Sequence record: PZ151149.1
Length of the DNA stretch: 64,000 nt
Direction: 5' to 3' (one strand)
DNA from: a phage
Shown: positions 20,245-29,670 of the stretch, in pieces
How positions within the stretch are numbered: position 1 is the first letter of the stretch
Layout: each line of letters starts with the position of its first letter
Notes under the pieces: generated by a model
The model's input: only the letters and a program-made list of their open reading frames with translations
Told to the model about the DNA's origin: nothing
Databases searched by the model: none
Made by a program: the position numbers and the translations under genes

Positions 20245-20272
20245 CATTATACATTAGCTAATCAGGTTGTCA
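20245..20272 (-). promoter_or_regulatory. sigma70-type early promoter (TTGACA-16-TATAAT)
   Basis: Exact hexamers on minus strand upstream of 19671..20216. Confidence 0.45.
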
Positions 20273-20280
20273 ACACCCCA

Positions 20281-20311
20281 AAACGAAAAAGCCGACCCTT
20301 TCGGATCGGCT
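20281..20311 (-). terminator. Rho-independent terminator after nrdD
   Basis: Minus-strand hairpin AGCCGAUCC-GAAA-GGGUCGGCU followed by UUUUUCGUUUU. Confidence 0.6.
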
Positions 20312-20316
20312 AAAAA

Positions 20317-22179
20317 TTACATGTGCTTAACGCGGTTTACCATCTCGGAGTGTTTCCCGTGGTTAAATGGACGCAGATCAACAGATCCAAGATATCCACT
20401 AACGCGACGGATAACATTCATCTTTTCCAGATTGTCGTTGCCGCAATCAGGACAAACAAAACCAGACTCGGTCGCTCTCATTTCCTTATTAGATCCGCAT
20501 ACATGACATACATCAGAAGGAGTATTAACACCGAAGTAGTGCAATTTATCCATTGCATAGTCTACTACAGTTTCAAGACCTTTCAGGTTGTTTTTCATGT
20601 CTGGGAACTCAACATAAGAGATCATGCCACCGGACGCCAGCCAGTGATAATCTTTCTCAAAGTCAATTTTCTCAAATGGAGTGACTTTCCGGTCTACGTC
20701 AAGGTGGAATGAGTTGGTGTACCAGTCTTTATCGGTAGCACCCTTAACAATACCAAATTGCTCTCGGTCCAGTCGATTAAATCGATAGCAAAGGCTCTCG
20801 GCTGGCGTACCGTAAAGACTAAACCCAAGTCCGGTTTCTTCCTTCCATTTGTCAGTATAATGACGCAGGATTTTAAGAATATGTTTACCGTATCGCTGCG
20901 CATCTTCCGAATCAAACGGATGAACACCAAACAGGACGCTCAATACCTCATGTAAACCAATATACCCAAGAGAGATACTAGCGCGACCATCTTTCAACAC
21001 TTCCAAAATTTCATCGTTTTGATGAATACGGAAAAATGCACCTTCTGTATACAGCACCGGAGCAACATTGGCTTTAGCCCCTTTTAAAGCGTCTACGCGA
21101 CTCATGAGCGCATCAAAGCAAATAGGCATACGATTAGCTAGCTCTTGTTCGAATAGCTCAATTCTGCGCATTACAGACGCTTTACCAGCACGACGAGCGG
21201 CAATAAGGGCAATACGCGGAAGATTCAGAGTCACAACACCTAAGTTATTACGTCCGTCTAATACTTCCTCGCCTTTCTCATTATGCCACACACCCAGGAA
21301 GCTACGACAACCCATCGGGCTAACCGGAACACTAGATCCGGTGATACTACGGTTATTCTTCGCAGAGATATAATCAGGGTAAAGACGCTTACTAGAACAT
21401 TCCAATGCAAGTTGCTTAATGTCGTAGTTCGGATCTTCCGGTTTAAGGTTTAATCCTTCTTCTAAGAACATCACCAGCTTAGGAAACACCGGAGTGATAC
21501 CATCTTTACCTAAACCTTTAGTTCGAACTTTCAGGATCGCTTTCTGAATCAGTTTTTCTTCCCAGCTAGTCCCCATACCAAATGTTAAAGTCACAAAAGG
21601 TGTTTGACCGTTGGTGGAGAACAAAGTGTTGATTTCATATTCCAACGCTTGATACCCGTCTAGCGTTTCTTTTTCTGTCTTCTCTTGTGCATAGAGAGTA
21701 TCCGCTTTGATTCCGTAGGTTTCGGCATCAGCAAGGTGTTTATGATATGTTTTCTCAACGTATGGCGCTAAAACCTGATCGATGTTTGCAATTGTGGTCC
21801 CGCCATATTGATGACTTGCCACCTGTGCGATAATTTGAGCGGTTACAGCACAAGCAACGCCGATTGATTTCGGACTTTCGATTTGTGCGCTACCCAATTT
21901 AAAACCATTCTCTAACATGTCTTTGAGATTAACAAGACAGCAGTTAGTAAACGGCATAGCGGGTGCATAATCCATATCATGATAATGAATGTCACCGTCT
22001 ACATGCGCTTTATAGATGTGCTCAGGTAACACGGTTTTAGCAATCTGTTTAGACACAGCACCAGCAATCAGATCTCGACGTGTCGGGAATGTTCGCGCGT
22101 CTTTGTTCGCGTTCTCTTTGCTTACTTCGTTTTCTTTACCCGTTGCGATCTCTGTAATGTCTTTGATTAGTTTTTCCAT
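20317..22179 (-). CDS. nrdD: Anaerobic ribonucleoside-triphosphate reductase NrdD (glycyl radical enzyme), uninterrupted
   Basis: 620 aa; C-terminal glycyl radical motif RVSGYLG; strong similarity to T4 NrdD; no intron apparent. Confidence 0.9.
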   Translation of the reverse strand: MEKLIKDITEIATGKENEVSKENANKDARTFPTRRDLIAGAVSKQIAKTVLPEHIYKAHVDGDIHYHDMDYAPAMPFTNCCLVNLKDMLENGFKLGSAQIESPKSIGVACAVTAQIIAQVASHQYGGTTIANIDQVLAPYVEKTYHKHLADAETYGIKADTLYAQEKTEKETLDGYQALEYEINTLFSTNGQTPFVTLTFGMGTSWEEKLIQKAILKVRTKGLGKDGITPVFPKLVMFLEEGLNLKPEDPNYDIKQLALECSSKRLYPDYISAKNNRSITGSSVPVSPMGCRSFLGVWHNEKGEEVLDGRNNLGVVTLNLPRIALIAARRAGKASVMRRIELFEQELANRMPICFDALMSRVDALKGAKANVAPVLYTEGAFFRIHQNDEILEVLKDGRASISLGYIGLHEVLSVLFGVHPFDSEDAQRYGKHILKILRHYTDKWKEETGLGFSLYGTPAESLCYRFNRLDREQFGIVKGATDKDWYTNSFHLDVDRKVTPFEKIDFEKDYHWLASGGMISYVEFPDMKNNLKGLETVVDYAMDKLHYFGVNTPSDVCHVCGSNKEMRATESGFVCPDCGNDNLEKMNVIRRVSGYLGSVDLRPFNHGKHSEMVNRVKHM

Positions 22180-22190
22180 TGTATCACCTA

Positions 22191-22214
22191 TGAAAAAGCG
22201 GGATTTCTCCCGCT
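22191..22214 (-). terminator. Hairpin AGCGGGAGAAAUCCCGCU + UUUUU immediately upstream of nrdD RBS
   Basis: 7-bp stem, U tract; lies between 22224..22718 ORF and nrdD. Confidence 0.5.
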
Positions 22215-22223
22215 CGTTGATAG

Positions 22224-22718
22224 TTATTTTACCAGTTCTGCTAATTCTTTTTCCGCCGCTTCCAGTTCAGCTTTCAGTTGTTTGATCTCTTGTCGCTTCT
22301 TATTAGCGGCTTCCTGCTTACTATTTCGGATAATCTGATCTAGATACAACTCCCAATCCTGAATATTTTTGATAATGTAGCCGTCAACATTAATTGGTCG
22401 GAGATTCAGTACAGCTTCCAGTTTAGTTGCAAAAACTTTAATTGCTGGTGTGAAGTATTCATATTCGTTATCTTCAAACCAATAACCTAGACTTGCATTA
22501 TCAATACTAAGACGAAGTTCAAGATCAAGGTCTTTATCTTCGGTGTATAGGTCTTTTACACCCCCCATCGAACCAACAACAACTTTAAAACGAATTTTAT
22601 CAACACCACCAAACACATCAGTAAGGATACCAGCAATTGAGCTATTAGCGCAAGATTGGTCGCTGAATGCGTCAAGGTTTTCTTTAGTTACAGTATACCA
22701 AACATCTTGTTTCCACAT
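22224..22718 (-). CDS. hypothetical protein with C-terminal coiled coil (distant relative of the expanded family)
   Basis: 164 aa; N-terminal WKQDVWYTVTKENLDAF and C-terminal KQLKAELEAAEKELAEL. Confidence 0.5.
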   Translation of the reverse strand: MWKQDVWYTVTKENLDAFSDQSCANSSIAGILTDVFGGVDKIRFKVVVGSMGGVKDLYTEDKDLDLELRLSIDNASLGYWFEDNEYEYFTPAIKVFATKLEAVLNLRPINVDGYIIKNIQDWELYLDQIIRNSKQEAANKKRQEIKQLKAELEAAEKELAELVK

Positions 22719-22748
22719 AATATAATCCTCTCGTTGTTAAGTGGGAGT

Positions 22749-22776
22749 ATTATAGCATACTCCCTTCGCATGTCAA
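22749..22776 (-). promoter_or_regulatory. Early promoter with stem-loop (TTGACA-16-TATAAT)
   Basis: -10 embedded in GGGAGUAUGCUAUAAUACUCCC hairpin. Confidence 0.45.
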
Positions 22777-23951
22777 GCACTAACTTTTTTCTTTACTGCT
22801 TTCACCTTCTGGCGAATTGCTCGAATCTCTTCGATCTCTTTTTCAGTCTCTTTAACAATTTCTTTGCGATTCTGAATATCTGTATCGAGATTATCATCAA
22901 GTTTAGGCAGCATGTCAATCAAGAACTTTTTAAAGTCTTTCAGGTTTCGAATAACAGCACCTTCGCCCATTACCGCAACACCCACACCATCCGGCAGATC
23001 ACCAAACAGCTTAACCAGTTCAGACAGATGATCATGATCTTCTAGTGCTTCTTCCGGTTCAGATGGCAGTTCAACAAAGTTATAACGTTCATCATTGCTG
23101 ATCAAGTGATACCAGCAAAGCCCGAAAGATTTCGGTGTATATTCTACACCATCAATTTCAACCGCGTCAACACTTCCATAATCATCTACTTTAGTTACCT
23201 TAAATCCTTGTCCCAGCTTTTGAACAATTTCAACAACATGACTTGATACAGTTTCAGCGGTAAACCAATATGGCAAATTATGCTGATTTGGCTTGTAGCG
23301 TTCACCTACTTTAAATCTCTGACCATCCGCTTGCATAGAATGAAATTGTTGTTTCGTGATTTCCGCGAAGTATTCAAATTCGCCACCATCAAACACACAA
23401 GCCCATTGATCACAAAAACGATCTGCCTTAACAGTTTCACCTTTCGCGGTGATCATGGTAGCTGATCCGTGCAATTCTTCTTCAACTAAAAAGCCATATT
23501 CGACAAAATCAACAAGTTTCATAGCTTCTTTGTGATCTGGATCATGCTCTCCCCAGAATCGCTTAAATTCTTGCAAACCTTCTGGGGTAAACGAATAACA
23601 TTTACCTTTTTCAAAGTAAGTCGGCATTGCATCCTCTTTCTTGTTCATCGCTTCGTATGCCTCTTTTGAGATACGTTTAAAGTATTTGCGCTCATTGTGC
23701 ATAATCATAGTAGACCAATAATAAACGATATCCTCAGCGGAATAAACTACATCTCCAGCTTCAATAGTAATAACATGACCGTGGTCATCTTTTTCTAATA
23801 CTTTAAAGCCCTTTTCTACGATTTCAGCAACCCGAATATGACCACGGCGCGAAGCATCGGTCAGATTAATTGAATAGCGAGAAAAGTCTAGAAACTCATC
23901 TTTACCACCTTCACGGAATGCATAGTAATGACCTTCAAAGAATTTAGCCAT
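22773..23951 (-). CDS. Multi-repeat member of expanded paralogous domain family (about 3 repeats + charged tail)
   Basis: 392 aa; repeats contain GFKVL, V.AVEIDG.EYT, NERKYFKRI-type motifs shared with 24008..24861 ORFs. Confidence 0.6.
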   Translation of the reverse strand: MAKFFEGHYYAFREGGKDEFLDFSRYSINLTDASRRGHIRVAEIVEKGFKVLEKDDHGHVITIEAGDVVYSAEDIVYYWSTMIMHNERKYFKRISKEAYEAMNKKEDAMPTYFEKGKCYSFTPEGLQEFKRFWGEHDPDHKEAMKLVDFVEYGFLVEEELHGSATMITAKGETVKADRFCDQWACVFDGGEFEYFAEITKQQFHSMQADGQRFKVGERYKPNQHNLPYWFTAETVSSHVVEIVQKLGQGFKVTKVDDYGSVDAVEIDGVEYTPKSFGLCWYHLISNDERYNFVELPSEPEEALEDHDHLSELVKLFGDLPDGVGVAVMGEGAVIRNLKDFKKFLIDMLPKLDDNLDTDIQNRKEIVKETEKEIEEIRAIRQKVKAVKKKVSA

Positions 23952-23982
23952 AATATAATCCTCTCGTTGTTTAAATGGGAGT

Positions 23983-24011
23983 ATCTTACTACTCCCGTTT
24001 CATCATGTCAA
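23983..24011 (-). promoter_or_regulatory. Early promoter with stem-loop (TTGACA-17-TAAGAT)
   Basis: GGGAGUAGUAAGAUACUCCC hairpin spans the -10. Confidence 0.45.
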
Positions 24012-24574
24012 GCGTTAAATGACTTTTGGATCTCTTTCAGTTCAGCTACTTTATCGGCGCTGAATTTAGCGTAGGTATCATGTCGAATAATTTCACTTTC
24101 GAGAAAGGTTTCCAGCCGAGATCTATTTTCAATAAGGAACTCTTTCAGGTCTTCCGCGTTCTTGATAAAGATTTTATTGTCAGTAATGTCATCTTCAATC
24201 GCAAAGGAGATCGAGCGAACTTTACCAAACAAGTTAATCAGATCTTCCAGAGATTCTTCTTTCTTAATTGGTTTCATTTCTTCAAACTGCTTTTTAGTGA
24301 TTCGTTTAAAGTATTTGCGCTCGTTTGCAGCAATCAGAACAGATGCACCTTCATACTCATGAGTTTCTACCAGATACACACGCCCCATCGCATCAACAGT
24401 GAGAACTTTAAAGCCGTTACAAAGCACGTCATACAAGAACTTATTATGTTGCGGACATCGTTTGATAAATTCCTCTGCGGACTCAGCATTACGGAAAGTG
24501 TAATAACGACCTCGTTCAAAAACAGCATCAGTTGAAGACTTAGCCGGATACAATTTATACGTTTTCTGTACCAT
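24008..24574 (-). CDS. Member of expanded paralogous domain family
   Basis: MVQKTYKLY..., NGFKVLTVD, ANERKYFKRI; ATG at 24574 with AGAGGA SD. Confidence 0.55.
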   Translation of the reverse strand: MVQKTYKLYPAKSSTDAVFERGRYYTFRNAESAEEFIKRCPQHNKFLYDVLCNGFKVLTVDAMGRVYLVETHEYEGASVLIAANERKYFKRITKKQFEEMKPIKKEESLEDLINLFGKVRSISFAIEDDITDNKIFIKNAEDLKEFLIENRSRLETFLESEIIRHDTYAKFSADKVAELKEIQKSFNA

Positions 24575-24588
24575 AATATAATCCTCTA

Positions 24589-24861
24589 TCATTTCACTAA
24601 TTGAACAGCACGAAACAGAATGCGGTCACACGGAAGAAGCATAAATTCCCAACGCGAATCAAAGTCTTTAGCGGTATATGTTTTCCCATCAACCGAGATT
24701 TCACTTACATAACCAATAGGTGACACTTTAAGAACAGTAAACCCATTCTTGATGACTTCGTAGGTATCTTTCAAACCTTCGTAGTCATCCTCTAGGAAGT
24801 CTTTACGTGCTTGCTCAGATTTAAAAACATAGGCCACACCGGATTTAAACATCTTACGCAT
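24589..24861 (-). CDS. Member of expanded paralogous domain family (single domain)
   Basis: GVAYVFKSEQARKDF...NGFTVLKV...ISVDGKTYTA...ILFRAV. Confidence 0.55.
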   Translation of the reverse strand: MRKMFKSGVAYVFKSEQARKDFLEDDYEGLKDTYEVIKNGFTVLKVSPIGYVSEISVDGKTYTAKDFDSRWEFMLLPCDRILFRAVQLVK

Positions 24862-24892
24862 TGTTGATTCTCCTTCTTGATTAGATGGGAGT

Positions 24893-24921
24893 ATTTTACT
24901 ACTCCCATTTCATGCTGTCAA
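24893..24921 (-). promoter_or_regulatory. Early promoter with stem-loop (TTGACA-17-TAAAAT)
   Basis: GGGAGUAGUAAAAUACUCCC hairpin spans the -10; followed by conserved leader ending AGGAGAATCAA-ATG. Confidence 0.45.
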
Positions 24922-24924
24922 CTA

Positions 24925-25398
24925 CTATCTTAATCTTTGTATAAATTGTTTCTTATACTTCTTCGTGATCTCTTCTCTTGTATCCGCGTCACAATAATCG
25001 AAACCTTCTGCGTCCATAATAGCAACCATCTCCGCGCGTGTCAAGCGTGAAAATCGTTTTACTTTATCAACAGCATATTGAGGATGTAAATGATTGTTGG
25101 TGTAGTCTCCTTTGATGTAATTAACATAGTTTGTAGCCCAAACAACGAAGTCAGCACCTAAAGCACCAACACCAAACCGTTTAAAGTCTCCGGTCAACGA
25201 TCCTTCTAGGCGGTTGCAACACGAATGAAGCAATCCCCTTACGCGGCCTTGCCCTTTCCCATCTAGATCGTGATCATGGTCAAGATGGTTTTTGCTCATA
25301 TCCTCAAAAAGTGGCAATTGACAAAGGGGGCAAATGCCCCCTTGTTTTTCGAATAGTTCTTGTTTGTACTCTTTAGCACTCTTAGCAGTCAGTAACAT
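24925..25398 (-). CDS. 49: Endonuclease VII (Holliday junction resolvase) gp49
   Basis: 157 aa from ATG 25398; strong similarity to T4 EndoVII (MLLT.K...CPLCQ...NHLDHDH.L.G...G.VRGLL...CN). Confidence 0.85.
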   Translation of the reverse strand: MLLTAKSAKEYKQELFEKQGGICPLCQLPLFEDMSKNHLDHDHDLDGKGQGRVRGLLHSCCNRLEGSLTGDFKRFGVGALGADFVVWATNYVNYIKGDYTNNHLHPQYAVDKVKRFSRLTRAEMVAIMDAEGFDYCDADTREEITKKYKKQFIQRLR

Positions 25399-25422
25399 AA
25401 ATTCACCCTCCAAAGAAGGTAT

Positions 25423-25703
25423 TTAACCATTAATCTTGTTTTTGACTACAAAGGAACGGAACTCATCAAAACCACCAATATAATCACCATTATAGAAAAT
25501 CTGCGGCATGGTGGCAATAACTTCTACCCCTGCGCGATCCTGAATATCGGCAATGATAGAATCAATCTTTACAGGGCGACCGTTTTCGTCCACACCATCA
25601 TTAACCGGAATGTAGATGTAAGGGATCTTACGCGATTCACAAAGTCGCTTTGCATTCTGGCAATACTTACAGTTGTAACCTTCAAAACCAAAAATTTCTA
25701 CCA
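25423..25703 (-). CDS. nrdC: Thioredoxin/glutaredoxin NrdC
   Basis: CKYC redox motif, MPQ.F..G..IGGFDE; similarity to T4 NrdC. Confidence 0.75.
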
Positions 25704-25712
25704 TGTTATACC

Positions 25713-26525
25713 TCAATCTACGTTAGTTACATAAACTTCTTGCGTATCAGAAGACTTACCACCTGAACGATCTAGGCAATAGGTCTTATTCAACAGGACG
25801 CAGTTTAAATCATTCCGCTTGATAAAGTCAAGAAGATGATCATTTACCTTTCCCTTATGATGTGTGACATTACTGATACCAAACTGAAAACCACGCGCCA
25901 TAATAGATTCTACCCACTGATAGAATTTAATCTCTTCCTCGTCACTCCAGAACTTATTGTATTCCGCAGAAGTGATAAGGTACGGCGGGTCCAAATAAAC
26001 GAAATCACCTGGCAAGATCTCGATCTCGTCATAGCGACCAGACGTAAAACTGATTCGACCGTCTTTGTTTTCTTCCTTAAAATTCAGGACACGCTCTACC
26101 GCGTTTTCGTTAAAAGTCCGGCGACCAAAATTAGCATTAAATTCGCCCTTCCGGTTATGGCGGTTAATGTTGCTAAAACTATGCTGGATCAGAACAAACA
26201 GAGATAGCGGATCTGGATTCTCGTTATACTTCTTACGGAATGCCATGTAAGCATCTTTATCATCACGAGACAAACCATTCTCGGCAATAATCCGCTTGAT
26301 CGTAGAAACCGGATCAGGACACGCATCAATGGCCTTGTAAGCGTCAATTAAACGATGGTCATAGTCATTAGCCAGCACATCACCTTCAACATACAGAGAC
26401 ACGCTCAAGCCACCGCAAAAGGCATCAACAAAGCGGTTGTAGTGCTTAGGGAAATACTTACTAACACCGGGCAATAACTTTTCCTTATTGCCAGTATAGG
26501 GAATTAAACCTAATGCTTTCTTCAT
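25713..26525 (-). CDS. dam: DNA adenine methyltransferase Dam
   Basis: FxGxG-type SAM motif FCGGLSVSL and DPPY catalytic motif; collinear similarity to T4 Dam. Confidence 0.85.
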   Translation of the reverse strand: MKKALGLIPYTGNKEKLLPGVSKYFPKHYNRFVDAFCGGLSVSLYVEGDVLANDYDHRLIDAYKAIDACPDPVSTIKRIIAENGLSRDDKDAYMAFRKKYNENPDPLSLFVLIQHSFSNINRHNRKGEFNANFGRRTFNENAVERVLNFKEENKDGRISFTSGRYDEIEILPGDFVYLDPPYLITSAEYNKFWSDEEEIKFYQWVESIMARGFQFGISNVTHHKGKVNDHLLDFIKRNDLNCVLLNKTYCLDRSGGKSSDTQEVYVTNVD

Positions 26526-26956
26526 TATCCCTTCCTTAAATAAGTTCTTTCAGTTTCTACCAGTTCGAAAAATTCATCCCAATCACACGGAAAGTTGCAG
26601 TTTCCAAAATGGTCTTCGTTATAGAGTTCTTTACCGGATGGCAACTTAATATCTGTTACACTATACCAACCGCAGCAATCGCAATCACCCTCAGCAACAG
26701 AAACCTTCGTAGGAATTTGCATCATTGCCAGATAGGTTGGTACGTCAGACTGTTCAAAGATCATGTAACCTTCATGGTCAAACGAGACAAAATTGTCATC
26801 ACCCAAAAAAGGAATGTAATGGTCATAGTCAGTGACAGGTTGACCGTGCAATTCCCATTCTACAATTTTAACAATACCACTAAACTTTATACCCATCATA
26901 TCAACCATAAAATGGGTATCATCAATGTAAATCTTACTAGGAGTTGGATAAACCAT
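26525..26956 (-). CDS. hypothetical protein
   Basis: 143-aa ORF with ATG start. Confidence 0.5.
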   Translation of the reverse strand: MVYPTPSKIYIDDTHFMVDMMGIKFSGIVKIVEWELHGQPVTDYDHYIPFLGDDNFVSFDHEGYMIFEQSDVPTYLAMMQIPTKVSVAEGDCDCCGWYSVTDIKLPSGKELYNEDHFGNCNFPCDWDEFFELVETERTYLRKG

Positions 26957-26966
26957 TATATAATCC

Positions 26967-27260
26967 TCATATCTCAGAGAATAGAATCTCGGTTAGCTTC
27001 ACTGACTGCTCTCTGAATGTTAGCGTATACTCGAAAGGAAAGTCAACACCTAATTTCAGAAGAGAATAACCTACCGCCTCTTTATGCTTGTCGGTTAGGG
27101 CAATCCTAACCAATTCCCGTTGAATCTCTTTAGGCGGTGAATGGATAGTAACACGGGTATCGTGTAATGTCCAGTCACCATTTCGAATTAAGATTAACGG
27201 TTTATCGTCACTAAAGATCACCGACCCCTTTCCGGTCGGTGAGTGTTTTATACTAATCAT
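26967..27260 (-). CDS. hypothetical protein
   Basis: ORF with ATG at 27260. Confidence 0.45.
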   Translation of the reverse strand: MISIKHSPTGKGSVIFSDDKPLILIRNGDWTLHDTRVTIHSPPKEIQRELVRIALTDKHKEAVGYSLLKLGVDFPFEYTLTFREQSVKLTEILFSEI

Positions 27261-27474
27261 CAAATTCTAAGAAATATTCTGGAACGATATAACCGTTAAA
27301 GTCATTGCACTTATAAAAATGTGGTGCATTCAATGCTGGATGAGCATTAGTAAAGAGTTTACCCTCTAGAAACAGAATGTAATTAATAGGTCTAATACCG
27401 ACAGAATCAGGATCTAAACCTTTTTCTTTCAGTTCAGCCAGCGTTAAAACTCGTCCAGATCGTAACTTAGCCAT
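27253..27474 (-). CDS. hypothetical protein
   Basis: 73-aa ORF. Confidence 0.4.
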   Translation of the reverse strand: MAKLRSGRVLTLAELKEKGLDPDSVGIRPINYILFLEGKLFTNAHPALNAPHFYKCNDFNGYIVPEYFLEFDD

Positions 27475-27760
27475 GATTTACCCCCAATTCATCAAGATTA
27501 TGTCGCAGCATTTCAGAGTATTTCTCTACTTCCTTAATCTTAGTGTGGATCTCCACGATCTCATCTTCACTATCAGAAAGTTTAATGGCAATCGCGAGCG
27601 TGCTTTTACCAGCTTTCATAGTCTCTTTCAGTTCAACCAACAGATCCGCGTGTTTCAGTAGCAGATCTTCACGTCGAACATAAGCGACGGTCAAAGCCTC
27701 ATCAGCGATTTCTAAAGCGTTTTCAGCGACACCAACAACCATTTTACGAGTAGACAGCAT
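27467..27760 (-). CDS. hypothetical protein (helical/coiled-coil)
   Basis: 97-aa ORF. Confidence 0.45.
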   Translation of the reverse strand: MLSTRKMVVGVAENALEIADEALTVAYVRREDLLLKHADLLVELKETMKAGKSTLAIAIKLSDSEDEIVEIHTKIKEVEKYSEMLRHNLDELGVNHG

Positions 27761-27774
27761 AAATTCACCTCACA

Positions 27775-28083
27775 TTATTTCACGTTAACGCCGTCATCAA
27801 TCCAGCCGACGCTATTTGGTTTAACAGTTTTACCATAGGATGCATACTTAATCAAGCATGGTTTAACATCATTATCAAATCTTCCTAAGCGTACTCCCAA
27901 ATCAGGAATATCCATGTATGCGGCTTTATATCCCCATGTACAATATTCAGCATCAATCTCAACCGGACGGCCTTTAAAAGCATATACATCACTGTAACGG
28001 TCAACGATAACATAGCGATAGCCAGCCGGAAGATACACAGTTTCGCCGTAAACTTTAACTGGAGTAGCAGAAGAGATAAACAT
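27775..28083 (-). CDS. hypothetical protein
   Basis: 102-aa ORF. Confidence 0.45.
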   Translation of the reverse strand: MFISSATPVKVYGETVYLPAGYRYVIVDRYSDVYAFKGRPVEIDAEYCTWGYKAAYMDIPDLGVRLGRFDNDVKPCLIKYASYGKTVKPNSVGWIDDGVNVK

Positions 28084-28117
28084 AATATAATCCTCACATC
28101 GTTCATTTGATGCGGCT

Positions 28118-28146
28118 ATTATAGGATAACCGCATTTTCATGTCAA
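28118..28146 (-). promoter_or_regulatory. Early promoter TTGACA-17-TATAAT with hairpin
   Basis: Exact hexamers; UGCGG/CCGCA stem encloses -10. Confidence 0.4.
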
Positions 28147-28152
28147 CAGTTT

Positions 28153-28461
28153 TTAAAAATCTTCTTCCGGTTTATATCGACCGTCGTCTTCTTGTTTTGG
28201 GCTGAATCCGGTATGTTTGCGCGGTTTAGCTTCCGGCTTACCAGCAATTGATAGACCAAAACATTTCAATCCTTTATAGATCATGACAATTTCTACAATA
28301 ATCCACGTTATAGGCCAGACGATCGCAGCAATACAAAATGCTCCTGTATCGACCTCTTTAGTGTCCTTGTCGAATCTGGCATACAAGCAGAATACAAGAT
28401 ACGAGATCATTGCACCTACCGCCCAGATAGAAAGATTTCTGCCTAACGCGTTTAAATCCAT
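28153..28461 (-). CDS. hypothetical membrane protein
   Basis: Two hydrophobic segments. Confidence 0.5.
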   Translation of the reverse strand: MDLNALGRNLSIWAVGAMISYLVFCLYARFDKDTKEVDTGAFCIAAIVWPITWIIVEIVMIYKGLKCFGLSIAGKPEAKPRKHTGFSPKQEDDGRYKPEEDF

Positions 28462-28470
28462 AATACCTCC

Positions 28471-28749
28471 TTACATGTCTTGCAGTGCATAAAAGCATTT
28501 TTCTTCGTAGTCGTAGAAAATGTCAAAGTATGCTTTTTCTACATACTCGCCATTGATCCAAGCGGCAGTAACAATCAGGGTAGTCCAGTTAGATCCGCTC
28601 TCAACGGTAAAGGTTTTAATACCCAGCTTCACAGCAAGGTCACGCGCAAACTGGTCGCAACCACGGCAGGAAGTGATATTGGAAGTTTTGATTTTAAAGC
28701 CACCGCGAGTTTTAGAAATTTCTACTTTAGCGAAAGACAGGTTGCTCAT
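28471..28749 (-). CDS. hypothetical protein
   Basis: 92-aa ORF preceded by conserved leader/RBS. Confidence 0.45.
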   Translation of the reverse strand: MSNLSFAKVEISKTRGGFKIKTSNITSCRGCDQFARDLAVKLGIKTFTVESGSNWTTLIVTAAWINGEYVEKAYFDIFYDYEEKCFYALQDM

Positions 28750-28790
28750 TTTGATTCTCCTTAAGAAGTGTGTTTCGTTTTGATGTGTGT

Positions 28791-28819
28791 AGTATAGGGG
28801 ATACGTGATCCCCTGTCAA
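28791..28819 (-). promoter_or_regulatory. Early promoter TTGACA-17-TATACT with hairpin-forming spacer
   Basis: Spacer GGGGATCACGTATCCCC. Confidence 0.45.
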
Positions 28820-28827
28820 CAACTTTT

Positions 28828-29157
28828 TTATGATTTTAGTGAATTAACTACTACATCAAAATGAGGCACAGAGAACACCTTACGAAACACGTATTCATCA
28901 TGTTTAGGAATCGCCCCTAGCCGCTCTATTTCGCTCGCTAACACGATAAACTGTTTATCTGGCGCATCTGTCTTATATGCTTCAACAACGCACGGAAAAC
29001 TCGTTTTAGCGAGTTCGGGATAGTTTTCGGACTCCATCAGGACGATGAATACTCTGTTACATTGATTGTAGAATCCTGTTTTTGATTTCATCAAGTTTTC
29101 TTCTATGTACATTTCGTGCAATCTTCCTTTCATGATTTCGTTGGTTCTTGTCTTCAC
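28828..29157 (-). CDS. hypothetical protein (true start uncertain)
   Basis: Longest ORF; overlaps upstream ORF by 100 nt so start is probably internal. Confidence 0.35.
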   Translation of the reverse strand: MKTRTNEIMKGRLHEMYIEENLMKSKTGFYNQCNRVFIVLMESENYPELAKTSFPCVVEAYKTDAPDKQFIVLASEIERLGAIPKHDEYVFRKVFSVPHFDVVVNSLKS

Positions 29158-29395
29158 AGTTTACCCATTCAACAAGATCTTTACCTAACTCGAAAGCCCA
29201 TTCTCGGTCTTGCTTTACGTTTTGTAGGTATGGACTTTCCGACACTCGACGAAGTGATGTTGTTGTAACAAGAATGATCCCAGGAATGGTCGGGTGTTCC
29301 TTTCCGTATACAATCGGACGGGAATCACGCTCAACACCTTGTAAGAAGGTATATCCTGAATCATTCAGCAACAAATACATTTTCAGTTCGTTCAT
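29057..29395 (-). CDS. hypothetical protein
   Basis: 112-aa ORF. Confidence 0.4.
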   Translation of the reverse strand: MNELKMYLLLNDSGYTFLQGVERDSRPIVYGKEHPTIPGIILVTTTSLRRVSESPYLQNVKQDREWAFELGKDLVEWVNCEDKNQRNHERKIARNVHRRKLDEIKNRILQSM

Positions 29396-29652
29396 TACAG
29401 CTTCCTCAACCAGTTATTAAAACGAGCAAACAATGATGCTTTTCGTGCTTCTTCTGCTTTACGGGCAAACCTATCCAAGAAACACCATTCATAATCATCA
29501 TTATAAATTCCCTCAAAGGAAGCGCCAGCTTTGCGTAGTTCTCTTGTTGGTATCAAGAAACTATCATAGAAGGGAGTTCCTCTAACAATAATCGGAAGTT
29601 TAACACCTTTCATGAAAGAATATCCGCCATCACCAAAAATTTCAATCTTCAT
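29395..29652 (-). CDS. hypothetical protein, tandem paralog A
   Basis: MKIEIFGDGGYSFMKGVKLPIIV... nearly collinear with the next ORF. Confidence 0.5.
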   Translation of the reverse strand: MKIEIFGDGGYSFMKGVKLPIIVRGTPFYDSFLIPTRELRKAGASFEGIYNDDYEWCFLDRFARKAEEARKASLFARFNNWLRKL

Positions 29653-29670
29653 AATATAATCCTCAATTAA

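Noticed and set aside
16062-24861. CRISPR array or other direct-repeat array at DNA level
   Set aside because: The repetition here is at protein-domain and promoter-module level; no short identical direct repeats with unique spacers are present.
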